Position numbers and translations under genes: made by a program
Notes under the pieces: model-generated
Databases searched by the model: none
Seen by the model: only the letters and a program-made list of their open reading frames with translations
What the model was told of the DNA's origin: nothing
Part shown: piece by piece, positions 1 to 10,504 of the stretch
Numbering within the stretch: position 1 is the stretch's first letter
Layout of the letters: each line of letters begins with the position of its first letter
Assembly (NCBI RefSeq): GCF_018977255.1
Contig: NW_024705589.1
Location: 1-32,896 of the forward strand
Length of the DNA: 32,896 nucleotides
Reading direction: 5' to 3'
DNA from: Callorhinchus milii
Lineage: Eukaryota

Positions 1-208
1 CCACGACCTCCTGGGTAGCCAGGCGAGGTAGTCAACATCTCAACATCAAACCGACGACCTCCTGCACACCAGGCGAGGTAGTTAACATCTCAACATGGAA
101 CCCACGACCTCCTGCGTACCAAGGCGAGGTAGTTAACATCTAAACATCGAACCGACGACCTCCACGACTCCTGCGTACCAGGCGAGGTAGTTAACATCTC
201 AACATGGA
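1..208 (-). repeat. Tandem array (~4 units, ~50 bp) of truncated tRNA-like monomers, same family as 6987-7495 in opposite orientation
   Basis: ACGACCTCCTGCGTACCAGGCGAGGTAGTTAACATCTCAACAT-like unit recurs; its reverse complement matches GATGTTAACTACCTCGCCTGGTAC.CAGGAGGT.GTGGGTTC at 6987-7495. Confidence 0.85.
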
Positions 209-256
209 GAGAGGAAGAGCGAGACGGACACTCCAGAGATGGAGACTTCTCTCTAG

Positions 257-305
257 AGGCAGAGTGAGAATGAGCAAGTCAGGATGAGGAACTGCACCCG
301 GTTTG
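257..305 (+). CDS. Candidate internal coding exon (RQSENEQVRMRNCTRF + 1 nt) of an unidentified gene
   Basis: CTTCTCTCTAG acceptor-like site before 257 and G|GTAATC donor at 305/306; 49 nt gives phase 1, compatible with the exon at 3080; no homology recognised. Confidence 0.3.
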
Positions 306-319
306 GTAATCACATGGTC

Positions 320-2985
320 ACTTACCCACTCACCTACTCACTGACCCACTCACTCAACAGCCTACCTCCTACTACATTCACCCCAGCTACTCATTCATCC
401 ACTCACTACCACCCACCTACTACCCACTTCATCACCCACCCACCTACCTACCCACTCATTCACCCACCTACCGAATCCTAACCCACTCACTCACCCACCC
501 ACTAACCCAACCCCAATCACCTACTCACCCACCCACCAACTCACCCAACCACTCACCCACTCACTCAGCCACCTACCCACTAACTAACCCACTCACTCAC
601 CCACTCACTCACTCACCCACTCACCTACTCACCCACCCACCCACTCACTCAGCCACCTACCCACTCACGAACCCACTCACTCACCCACTCACCCACCAAC
701 TCACCCACTCACCTACCTACTTACTAACCCACTCAATAACCCACCTACCCACTCACCCACCCACTCAGCCACCCACTCACCTACTCAGCCACCCACTCAC
801 CTACTCAGCCACCCACTCACCTACTCAGCCACCCACTCACCCACTCGCACTAACCCACCCACCCACTCACTCACTCACCCACTCACCCACCAACTCACCC
901 ACTCACCCACCTACCTACTTACTAACCCACTCAATCACCCACCTACCCATCCACTCACCCACTCAGCCACCCACTCACCTACTCAGCCACCCACTCACCT
1001 ACTCAGCCACCCACTCACCCACTCACCTACTAACCCACTCACCCACTCACCCACCCACTCACCTACTAACCCACTCACCCACTCACTCATCTACTCACTC
1101 ACATACTCGATCACCTACTCACTCACCCACTCACTCAACAAGCCACTCACTCACGTACTCACTCACCTACCAACTCATTCACTCACCCACTCATCTACTC
1201 ACTCACCGACTTACACACTCACCCACTCACTTACCCAATCACTCACCCACCCACTCATACTCACTCACCCATTCACTCACCCACCCACTCATTCACACAC
1301 TCACCCACTCACCCACTCAGTCACTCAATCACTCACTCACCCACTCGGTCACTCACTCACCTCTCACACACACACTCACTCATTTATTCTCTAACACTCA
1401 TCCACTCACCTACTCACTCACTCACCTACCTAGTCACCCACTTACTCACCCACTCACATTCTCACTCGCTCACCTACTCACACACTCACCCAATCACTCA
1501 CCCACCCACCCATGCACCCACTCATTCGCTCTCTCACTCACTCACATACTCACTCACTCACCTGCTCACTAACCTATTGATGCACTCACTCGCCTACTCA
1601 CTCACCTACTCACTCCTCGCACACACACTCACCTACTCACTCACACATTTACATACTCACTCACCCACATACCCACTCACTCACACATTCACTCACTCAC
1701 TTACCCACTCACTTACTCACTCACCTACCCACTCACCTACTCACACACTCACTCACTCACCTACTCACACACTCACTCACTCACCTACTCACACACTCAC
1801 TCACCTACTCACTCACCTACTCACAACAAAAACTAAACACCGACTTATCTCACTCACCCACTCACCACCAACTCACCCACTCACCTACCTACTTACTAAC
1901 CCACTCAATCACCCACCTACCCACTCACCCACCCACTCAGCCACCCACTCAACTACTCAGCCACCCACTCACCTACTCAGCCACCCACTCACCCACTCAC
2001 CTACTAACACCACCCACTCACTCACTCACTCACCCACCAACTCACCCACTCACCCACCTACCTACTTACTAACCCACTCAATCACCCACCTACCCACCCA
2101 CTCACCCACTCAGCCACCCACTCACCTACTCAGCCACCCACTCACCCTAGTCACCCACTCACCCACTCCACTCCCACTCACCCACTCACCCACCCACTCA
2201 CCTACTAACCCACTCACCCACTCACTCACCGACCCACCCACCCACTCACATACTCGATCACCTACTCACTCACCCACTCACTCAACAAGCCACTCACTCA
2301 CGTACTCACTCACCTACCAACTCATTCACTCACCCACTCATCTACTCACTCACCGACTTACACACTCACCCACTCACTTACCCAATCACTCACCCACCCA
2401 CTCATACTCACTCACCCATTCACTCACCACCCACTCATTCAACACTCACCCACTCACCCACTCAGTCACTCAATCACTCACTCACCCACTCGGTCACTCA
2501 CTCACCTACTCACACACACACTCACTCATTTATTCTCTAACACTCATCCACTCACTCACCTACTCACTCACTCACCTACCTAGTCACCCACTTACTCACC
2601 CACTCACATACTCACTCACTCCCTACTCACACACTCACCCAATCACTCACCACCCACCCATGCACCCACTCACTCGCTCTCTCACTCACTCACATACTCA
2701 CTCACCTGCTCACTAACCTATTGACGCACACACTCACCTACTCACTCGCCTACTCACTCACCTACTCACTCACCTACTCGCACACACACTCACCTACTCA
2801 CTCACACATTTACATACTCACTCACCCACATACCCACTCACTCACCTACTCACTCACTCAGTCAGTTACTCACTCACCTACTCACTCACTCACCTACTCA
2901 CTCACTCACTCACTCACCTACTCACTCACTCAGTCAGTTACTCACTCACCTACTCACAACAAAAAACTAAACACCGACTTATCTC
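320..2985. repeat. Degenerate (ACTC/ACCC)n microsatellite tract containing a ~1.14-kb tandem duplication
   Basis: Continuous CACTCACC-type repeats; marker words CATACTCGATCACC (~1102, ~2249) and ACAACAAAAA(A)CTAAACACCGACTTATCTC (~1823, ~2957) each occur twice. Confidence 0.95.
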
Positions 2986-3079
2986 TCCCTTCTTTCTCCC
3001 TTATCTATCCCTTATCTCTCTATTATCTCTCCCTTATCTCTCCCTTAACTCTCTCTTATGTCTTTCTCTCTCCCCACAG

Positions 3080-3180
3080 CTTCCGAAAGCAGAGAGCCGG
3101 AGATGGAGATTCACTCGAAGCGTCCGTCCAGAAAAGACTCCATCAAGTTTCTGCATATCTACTCCGACTACCAACTCTGA
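3080..3180 (+). CDS. Candidate terminal coding exon (..SESREPEMEIHSKRPSRKDSIKFLHIYSDYQL*)
   Basis: ~95-nt polypyrimidine tract ending CCCCACAG (3072-3079); the phase-1 reading is open to TGA 3178-3180. Confidence 0.4.
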
Positions 3181-3429
3181 ACAGTGGCTTGTGAGCGGGG
3201 AGAAAGCAGAGGAGGAGGTGATGGAGGAGTTGGAGATGAAATTGGTTGGAGGTGGTGGTGATGGATTGGGAGTTTGCCCCAATAGCCCGCGATCACAAAT
3301 CGCTCTTAACTGCGTCACAAAAGTAACCTGCAGCGTCACACCTATCGCCATCATTAGGGGACAGAACGGCGGTCCGATCTCCGACCCCCCAGAAAGACGT
3401 TTATCAGATTATTTTTGTCTTTCGGTGAA

Positions 3430-3593
3430 GTCAGGTAGATGGGTTCAAGAGAAAATAACAAAAACAACAACGACGTGTCGATCGCAACGCAACCGCCATC
3501 ATCTTCCTGATCTTCCTGATGACGACCGCTGGCTTTGCGATCGAAACGTCGTAGTTTTTTTTTTGCTATTTTCTTTGATCCCATCTACGTGAC
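3430..3593. mobile_element. Decayed Penelope-like inverted pLTR fragment with hammerhead core (CTGATGA 3516-3522, GAAAC 3543-3547)
   Basis: Imperfect inverted arms GTCAGGTAGATGGG... / ...CCCATCTACGTGAC; shares GAAACGTCGT-(T-rich)-CTACGTGACT with 10505-10693 and 12196-12558. Confidence 0.65.
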
Positions 3594-4075
3594 TGCTGAG
3601 GGGCTGCGGTGCCTCAAATATTGGAGGAAGAAGTCACCCCCTGTGAGTGGCTGGCTGAGGTGCCATCTGTTGAGGAAGTACTGAAGGCGATCCAGAGTCT
3701 GAGACTATGATGATCTGGTAATTGCTGCTCACTCAGAGGAGGAGTTGTAGGCGCTGCTGTTGAACCTGGAGCGTGCCACTAAGAGGTGGGGCCTTACCAT
3801 CAGCCCACCAAAACTAAGCACCTGTCTGGGTATTTTGTCAGACACTCCACCCCACAACTCCAAATGGTGATGGGGCAGTTGTGAAGAGAGTGGAGAGTTT
3901 CCATACCTGGGCAATGTGCTCATGACCGGCTCCGCTTTAACAGCAGAGGTCTCACTCCGAATCAGTCGAGCGGCAATATCTTTTCATTGGTTGCGTAACG
4001 CTGTGTGGAAGCTACCTGGTCTGTCGCTCCACACACAGCTTCGGGTCTTCTCGGCCACGGTCATGCCCTCCTTCT
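3594..4075 (+). mobile_element. RTE-clade LINE reverse-transcriptase fragment with a large internal deletion
   Basis: PSVEEVLKAIQSLR joined directly to the YDDLVIAAHSEEEL (YADD) region; high nucleotide similarity to 28407-28456 and 29101-29470. Confidence 0.85.
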
Positions 4076-4097
4076 TTTTGTTTGGAAAACAACTTAT

Positions 4098-4466
4098 CCA
4101 GCATCATCATCCATCATCCATCCATTATCCATAATCATCATCCATCCAGCATCACCATCATCATCCATCATCATCAGCAGCAGCATCACCATCATCATCA
4201 TCATCATCTTCATCCATCATCATCAATCTTCATCCATCCAGCATCACCATCATCACCACCAGCATCATCATCCATCCAGCATCATCATCAATCATCATCC
4301 ATCATCATCATCCATCATCATCACCACCATCATCATCCATCATCATTCATCACCACCACCATCATCTTCATCCATCATCCATCATCACCACCATCATCTT
4401 CATCCATCATCCATTATCATCACCACCATTATCATCTTCATCCATCATCACCATCAACATCATCAG
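4098..4466. repeat. Degenerate (CAT/CAC/CATC)n microsatellite
   Basis: Direct reading; explains the poly-His/Ile/Ser ORFs. Confidence 0.97.
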
Positions 4467-4767
4467 ATGGATATCCGCAGAGTTGTTGGAAAAATCCTCC
4501 TCCTGCTCCCGTTCCGTTCTTCCTAAAGTCGTGTTTTGTTTGTTTGTTTAAGAGTTAGCACCGCGGGACGGTGAGGCGATTTGTAAGTTTCCGCGCGAAC
4601 GTTATTTTTACGCTGGAACATATATTATTATAGGGACTCCTCCACTTGTATTTGACTTACGAACTTTGATAGATACGCACAGACCTTGCCCGAATGTCCA
4701 GTTGCAGTTGATCGGACTGATAGCGAGTCGTAAGTTCAACCGGCCAGAGTAACAGATGGCGGTGGAG

Positions 4768-5170
4768 GTGGCATCTACATCTGCAGAACGTGAAGAACCA
4801 GTGGCATTTACATCTGCAGAACGTGGAGAACTAGTGGCATCTACATCTACAGAACATGAAGAACCAGTGGCATCTACATCTGCAGAACATGAAGAACCAG
4901 TGGCATCTACATCTGCAGAACATGAAGAACCAGTGGCATCTACATCTGCAAAACGTGAAGAACCAGTGGCATATACATCTGCAGAAAGTGAAGAACCAGT
5001 GGCATCTACATCTGCAGAACATGAAGAACCAGTGGCATCTACATCTGCAGTACGTGAAGAACCAGTGGCATCTACAGAACATGAATAACCAGTGGCATCT
5101 ACATCTACAGAACATGAAGAACCAGTGCATCTACATCTACAGAACATGAAGAACCAGTGACATCTACATC
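4768..5170. repeat. 33-bp minisatellite, ~12 copies (GTGGCATCTACATCTGCAGAACATGAAGAACCA)
   Basis: Direct reading; translates as (VASTSAEHEEP)n in one frame. Confidence 0.97.
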
Positions 5171-5448
5171 CACAGGGACCTACAACTTTTAAAGCCATTC
5201 CCGCGTGTGTAGTGCACACTCCGCACACCACGTTTGGACTCGACAGGAGATTACGTTGGACAAATCAACCTACGATCACAGACCTCTGGAACCCAGCTCG
5301 TTGTTACGTAAAGGTGGTCCCCCGACAGTAATTTTTACTTTTATTACCTAACAAGGGGGGAGCAGGGGGGGCGTCCATTAGTTGCGTCGCCCGCGATGTC
5401 AGAACATCGCGACGATGCGATACCACCGTCACGATTATTACGATTATA

Positions 5449-5728
5449 ATAGTAGTAGGTTTTTACCCTTTCAACTGGTACAAAACTGACACCTTTATAC
5501 AAGGCATCATGTTTGCAATAACCGCAACACAAGCAGTCAAAATGCAAACAAAAAGAAACAACTCTGATAATGGTAATGATATGCACTGTCCTTGAAGTTG
5601 ATTGACTTCTAGGACAGTGCATATCATTATCAGAGTTGTTTCTTTTTGTTTGCGGTTATTGCAAACATGATGCCTTGTATAAAGGTGTCAGTTTTGTACC
5701 AGTTTAAAGGGTAAAAACCTACTACTAT
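5449..5728. repeat. Long AT-rich palindrome (foldback), copy 1
   Basis: ATAGTAGTAGGTTTTTACCCTTT...TGCACTGTCC mirrors GGACAGTGCA...AAAGGGTAAAAACCTACTACTAT; centre ~5601; two short left-arm segments are missing from the right arm. Confidence 0.9.
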
Positions 5729-6026
5729 ATTTTGCCACTGGTAAAGGAGGTCTCATAGTGTATTATTATGATCCTAATAATATTAACGGGAACTTTCTTG
5801 CCAGTTACAAAATAAAACAATAGGGTATTTTCTAACCATTTCTGGAAATAAAATAGAAGGTTATGAGATGTTTAAAACACCAAACGGAATTCCTTTTTCA
5901 AGGAAATCCTCTCCGCATTAACCACACAAGCTAATTGTGCTGAACATGCTCGCCTCGAGCTATAATGTCCCCGACAGTGGCATGGTCCTTGTGCTGTTCG
6001 CCTTTTGGCGTTCTCTAATCTAACAC

Positions 6027-6277
6027 TGATAATTGTTTTTTTACCCTTTATCTGGCAACAAAACTGACACCTTTTTTACGAGGAGTCATGTTTGCATAGA
6101 CCACAATACCTGCAGTCATAATGCAAACAAAAAAAACATAACCCTGATAATGTATGCACTGTCCTTATGTTTTTTGTTTGCATTATGACCGCAGGTATTG
6201 TGGTCTATGCAAACATGACTCCTTGTAAAACAGGTGTCAGTTTTGTTGCCAGATAAAGGGTAAAAAACCAATTATCA
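6027..6277. repeat. Long AT-rich palindrome (foldback), copy 2, diverged homolog of 5449-5728
   Basis: TGATAATTG...TTACCCTTTATCTGGCAACAAAACTGACACC mirrors GGTGTCAGTTTTGTTGCCAGATAAAGGGTAA...CAATTATCA; loop ~6141-6164. Confidence 0.9.
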
Positions 6278-6839
6278 TATTTTTTACTGGCAAATGAGGT
6301 ACCAATGGTGTAATCTAACACTGTTTGAGACTAGGCTCATAGAAAGCTGTCTCTGGTGTGGACCAATCAGTTTCAAAGACAACGCCATCGATGTACTAAC
6401 AGAGCATTGTGTTGTTTAATCGTTTGCATGTTCACCACAAAGTGCCGTGTGTGGTTAATTCTGGGAGGATTTCCTTGAGAAATAATTCTGTTTTTTTCCC
6501 AGAAAGGGTTAAAACGTATTTATATTATTGTAGTGATGACGTCTTCATGGCACAAATCATTGTTGAGATGGAGGAGTTGTTGCTTCCTAGACGGAGAAAT
6601 GGACACTTCCAGATGAAGGACTTGACGCTTTGTCCGACTCTAAGGCTGCTTATTCTCGGCCTTTGCGCCCCTCAATCAGTGAAAAAAAAAAATGAATCGC
6701 GTATACTCCAGAGTATACGAGGAATTTTTTTTTGCTAGGGTCAGATGGCATGAATATAAATGCTGTGTGTGTCGTCAAGTCCTCCACCACCCGACACGGA
6801 CAATTAGTGAATGTTTGCGCCAATTCGTTACGAGCATCA

Positions 6840-6902
6840 TCACTCTACACTGCACTATACACTGCCCTGTACTATACACTACACTATACACTACACTATA
6901 CA
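6840..6902. repeat. (TACAC/CTATA)n-like simple repeat
   Basis: Direct reading. Confidence 0.7.
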
Positions 6903-6986
6903 GGATAAGAGCCGCTGACTTAGGGGCACCGATGAGACAAAGCCATAGCCAAGAGACTTCCTCTGGCACTCGCCAATCATTTGTAA

Positions 6987-7495
6987 CGCCATGGTGGCTA
7001 GGAGATGTTAACTACCTCGCCTGGTACACAGGATGCCATGGGTTCGATCCCAGACCCTCACATCCACGGTGGCTAGGAGATGTTGACTATCTCACCTCGT
7101 ATCCAGGAGGTTGTGGGTTGGAATCCGACCCTGACGCCCCCGGTGGCTAGGAGATGTTAACTACCTCGCCTGGTATGGAGGAGGTTGTGGGTTCAATCCT
7201 AGACCCGAACTCCAAATGTTGACTGCCTCGCCTGGTATAAAAGAGGTCGTGGGTTCGATCCCGGACCCTGACGCCCACGCTGGCTAGGAGATGTTGACTA
7301 CCTTGCCTGGTACACAGGAGGTTGTGGTTTCGATCCCGGACCCTGACGCCAACAGTGGCTAGATGTTGACTACCTCGTCTGGTACACAGGATGCCATGGG
7401 TTCGATCCCAGACCCTCGCATCCACGGTGGCTAGGAGATGTTGACTACCTCGCCTGGTATGCAGGAGGTTGTGGGTTCGATCCCAGACCCTGACG
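6987..7495 (+). repeat. Tandem array of ~7 tRNA-derived monomers (~74 bp)
   Basis: Unit GGTGGCTAGGAGATGTT(A/G)ACTACCTCGCCTGGTACACAGGAGGT(C/T)GTGGGTTCGATCCC(A/G)GACCCTGACGCC, with A-box-like TGGCTAGGAG and B box GGTTCGATCCC. Confidence 0.85.
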
Positions 7496-7740
7496 TGTGG
7501 TAATTGACGTAGCGTGCCGGGCTGGGTAGATGTTTTTTTTATATTACTTTTAACGAGCGACCGATCATCGCCGATTGAATCGCCGCTTCTGTCAAACGTC
7601 TCGTGTCTGGAGTCGCGCGAGAGATTCGAATCTTGTACCCCACCAATTGTCACCCCTCCTTCAACCCACCGGGAGAGTGAGCGCGTGTGTGTGTACACGC
7701 GGTGTGTGTGTGTATGTACACCTGTGTGCATGTAAATCGG

Positions 7741-7965
7741 TGGGGAGCGGTGGCGCAGCGGTTAGCGTTTCGCTGCGTGACCCGGGTTCGATTCCCATGT
7801 AGTAAACATCGCCACTGGGGAGACAAAGGCGGCCGGGCGTGGTGGCGCTGGCCACCCACCCCCTCGTGTGCCGTGCCGGCCTTCATAGCTGCTGCTCGCT
7901 AAGAGCACTTGCCCCTACAGTCTGTTAGAGGCTACACGGGGGAATCTTTGTGTCTTTGCGTTTTG
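7741..7965 (+). mobile_element. tRNA-derived SINE, internally deleted copy
   Basis: A box TGGCGCAGCGG, B box GGTTCGATTCC; body GTAAACATCGCCACTGGGGAGACAAAGGC...GCCTTCATAG...ATCTTTGTG shared with 10752-11040, 13615-13782 and 30172-30472. Confidence 0.85.
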
Positions 7966-8114
7966 TGAATCGGTTATGATTTTGTGGTTTTAAATTAATG
8001 GCAATAAATTATGGTGAGGAGATTCGTGCAAGGATCCGCGATCCTCCGTCCTTCCGTCCGTCCGTGCGTCCTCGTCCGAGATCTTTGGCGCCGGGGAATG
8101 GTTTTTTGGATTAG

Positions 8115-8231
8115 GATCATCATCATCATCGTCGTCATCATCATCACACTCCGTGTGTGTGTCTGTCTGTGTCGTCTGTCTGTCTGTGTGTCTGTCTGTG
8201 TCTGTGTGTCTGTCTGTGTGTCTGTCTGTCT
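8115..8231. repeat. (CAT)n followed by (GTCT/GT)n microsatellites
   Basis: Direct reading. Confidence 0.95.
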
Positions 8232-8958
8232 GTGAGTGGCTGGCTGAGGGGCCATCCGTTGAGGAAGTACTGAAGGCGATCCAGAGTCTTAGACTAGGAA
8301 AGGCAACGGGCAGAGATGATCTCCCAAGCGAAATGCTGAGGGAGGGTGGCGTTTGTGCACAGACTGTCCTACATGACATCATAACAACAGTCTGGGCCAC
8401 TGGACAGACTGTAATAACTACAGGGGGATCTCACTCTTCAGTGTGCCGGGAAAGGTCCTGGCAAAGATTATTCAACATCGCCTTGCTAGGCACGCTGAGG
8501 AGAGGCTTGCGGAGCCCCAATGCGGTTTCAGGAAAGGGCGGTCCTGCACAGATGCCTATTTTCTGTCTGTCTTGTACAGCAGCGGTGTAGGGAATTCCAA
8601 CAAGACCTACATCTCTGCTTCATTGACCTGGTCAAGGCCTATGATACCATCAGTAGGCCTGGGCTCTGGGTTGTTCTTCGTGCTTTCGGAGTCTCTGACC
8701 CTCTGCTTATGCTCATTAAGGACCTTCATGATGGTGAGCGGGCCCGGGTAAAACTACGTGGCAGGGAGTCAGAGCCATTTCCTGTACACCTTGGGGTGCG
8801 ACCGGGATATCCACTGGCTCCAACATTATTTAACATCTATTTCGACCACGTAGTTCGTGAGGCCTTCAGTAGCTGTACTGGAGACATTTCCATCTGGTAC
8901 AGATACAATGGGAGGCTGATCGATGCCTGGGTGCGGTCAAGGGATGGCTCCCTATTGG
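8232..8958 (+). mobile_element. RTE-clade LINE RT fragment (frameshifted), truncated at the hAT terminus
   Basis: PSVEEVLKAIQSLRLGKATGRDDLPSEML, NYRGISL, QCGFRKGRSCTD, FIDLVKAYDTISR, GVRPGYPLAPTLFNIYFD motifs across frames. Confidence 0.92.
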
Positions 8959-10471
8959 CAGAGGCGTAGCTAGGATATTTTGGCCCGGGGACGAACTATA
9001 AAATTGGCGCCCCCCCCCCCCCCCCCCCCCCCCCCGTTTAATCACATTTTCCTATTACATCGAATAAGGAATAACAATTTAAATTTTAATGAAACATTGT
9101 ATTTAAAGAAGCAAATTTATAGAAATTATATTACATGGCTCACTCAGTCACTGTCGTAGACTGGTTACATAGTATACAAATAATTTTTTCTTGATTTCAC
9201 TGTCGCAAACTGGTCAATCACGTAATCAAAATCAGTTTTTTCCAATGTTTCTCTTTCAACGCTAAGAAGAGCAAGATCGCTGAGACGATCTTGTCCCATT
9301 GAAGCACGCAAATACGACAAAATAAGTTTCAATTTGCTGAACGACCGCTCACAGCTTGCAATTGAAACTGCTATTGCAGTGAAATTCGCAAATTCGGAAA
9401 TATGTCGTCTCCATAAAACACAATAAAACCAAGAAGATCCAAAGGAGTTTCTGGTAGAACTTCATCCCGGTTACTGAGCAGCATTTTGCAATCTCCAATT
9501 TCTGTGAAAAGTTCGTGGCCATTGATGTCGGTGTCATAGAAATTTCCAAAATCTGTGCAATTTCGACGAATTGCAATGACATCTGTGTCAGATAGAAGAG
9601 TTTTGACGTCCAGCAGAAATCCAAATTTTGTGTTCAGGTCTTTTAGTCGTAAAAACCGTGTTGACATCTCCTGTTGAAGTCGATAAAATACGCTCTTCAT
9701 AACGCGCACAATTTCTTCTTCTGCTGAAAGTCCTGCATCTCTTGCCAGTTCTCCTGGCATCTTCCGACGTCGCCTAATTCTTCTGTCCACATCGATCCCC
9801 CAGGCTGTGCATCTTGTTTTGGCGTTTTCTACAGCAACTTGGCTCAAATCATCACGAAGCTTGACAAATTCATGCTCCAAAGATTCAAGATCAGTTGCTG
9901 CTTCCTTGAAATTCATAGTAGGATCCTGTAAGCGCTTCTGAACACGATCAATTTTTCCAAGAATGACATTCCAGAAATGTAATAAAACTATGAAGTTAAA
10001 ATTTAATACGCATGCCTGTAACTGTTCTGCATCACTTCTGGTTTCAGGCGTCATAGTTACGTCCTCCGATAATTTGTCTAGCAGCCCTACTAGTTCATCC
10101 AGTCCTTCATAGATAGCTTTAACAGCTTCTGATCGTGCACTCCAGCGTGTTTCAGGCCGTCGTAGTTTCCGCCACCAAAAAACAGGCCAGTGACTAAGGC
10201 TGAAAGACTGCGCCTGTCTGTTGTTTGGGACGTTCTTCCATGTAAGTTCTTAATAGGCGCGCGTACCAAAATGTAATTACATGACATGTAGGCTGTGTGT
10301 GGCGGATATATAAACTTTTAGGTTGAGGTGTAGATTTGTGCAGTAGTTTCAGGCTGCCGCGCCCGCCGCAATAAGTTATAATGTAACGTTGTAAGCCTCA
10401 TTTTGGCGCCCCTTTACCTTGGCGCCCGGGACATATGTACCCCCCTTCCCCCCCCCCCAGCTACGCCTCTG
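8959..10471 (-). mobile_element. Non-autonomous, internally deleted hAT DNA transposon (Tip100/ZMYM1-like transposase type)
   Basis: 13-bp perfect TIRs CAGAGGCGTAGCT (8959-8971) and AGCTACGCCTCTG (10459-10471); subterminal TGGCGCCC motifs; transposase C-terminal half inside. Confidence 0.92.
9165..10156 (-). pseudogene. hAT transposase C-terminal half with hATC dimerisation domain
   Basis: ETRWSARSEAV...FPNLRISLQ, frameshift at ~9372, then IAVSIASCERSFSKLKLILSYLRASMGQDRLSDLALLSVERE; N-terminus deleted. Confidence 0.9.
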
Positions 10472-10504
10472 ACTGGTGATGACCGTTAACGAGAATTGAA
10501 CTCC

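Noticed and set aside
1577..2716. 379-aa His/Thr/Leu/Pro/Ser-rich ORF
   Set aside because: Translation of the ACTC microsatellite, which is stop-poor by composition
4005..4558. Poly-His/Ile/Ser ORFs
   Set aside because: (CAT)n microsatellite translation
4831..5130. Cys/His/Trp-rich repeat peptide (CRCRCHWFFMF)n, metallothionein-like at a glance
   Set aside because: Antisense reading of the 33-bp minisatellite
5344..5622. ORF with KGVSF resembling a PP1-binding RVxF motif
   Set aside because: Lies in a palindrome arm; homologous arms have stops; the motif is too short to be informative
6987..7495. CRISPR array or functional tRNA gene cluster
   Set aside because: No unique spacers or cas genes and the context is eukaryotic; acceptor and D stems are not well formed
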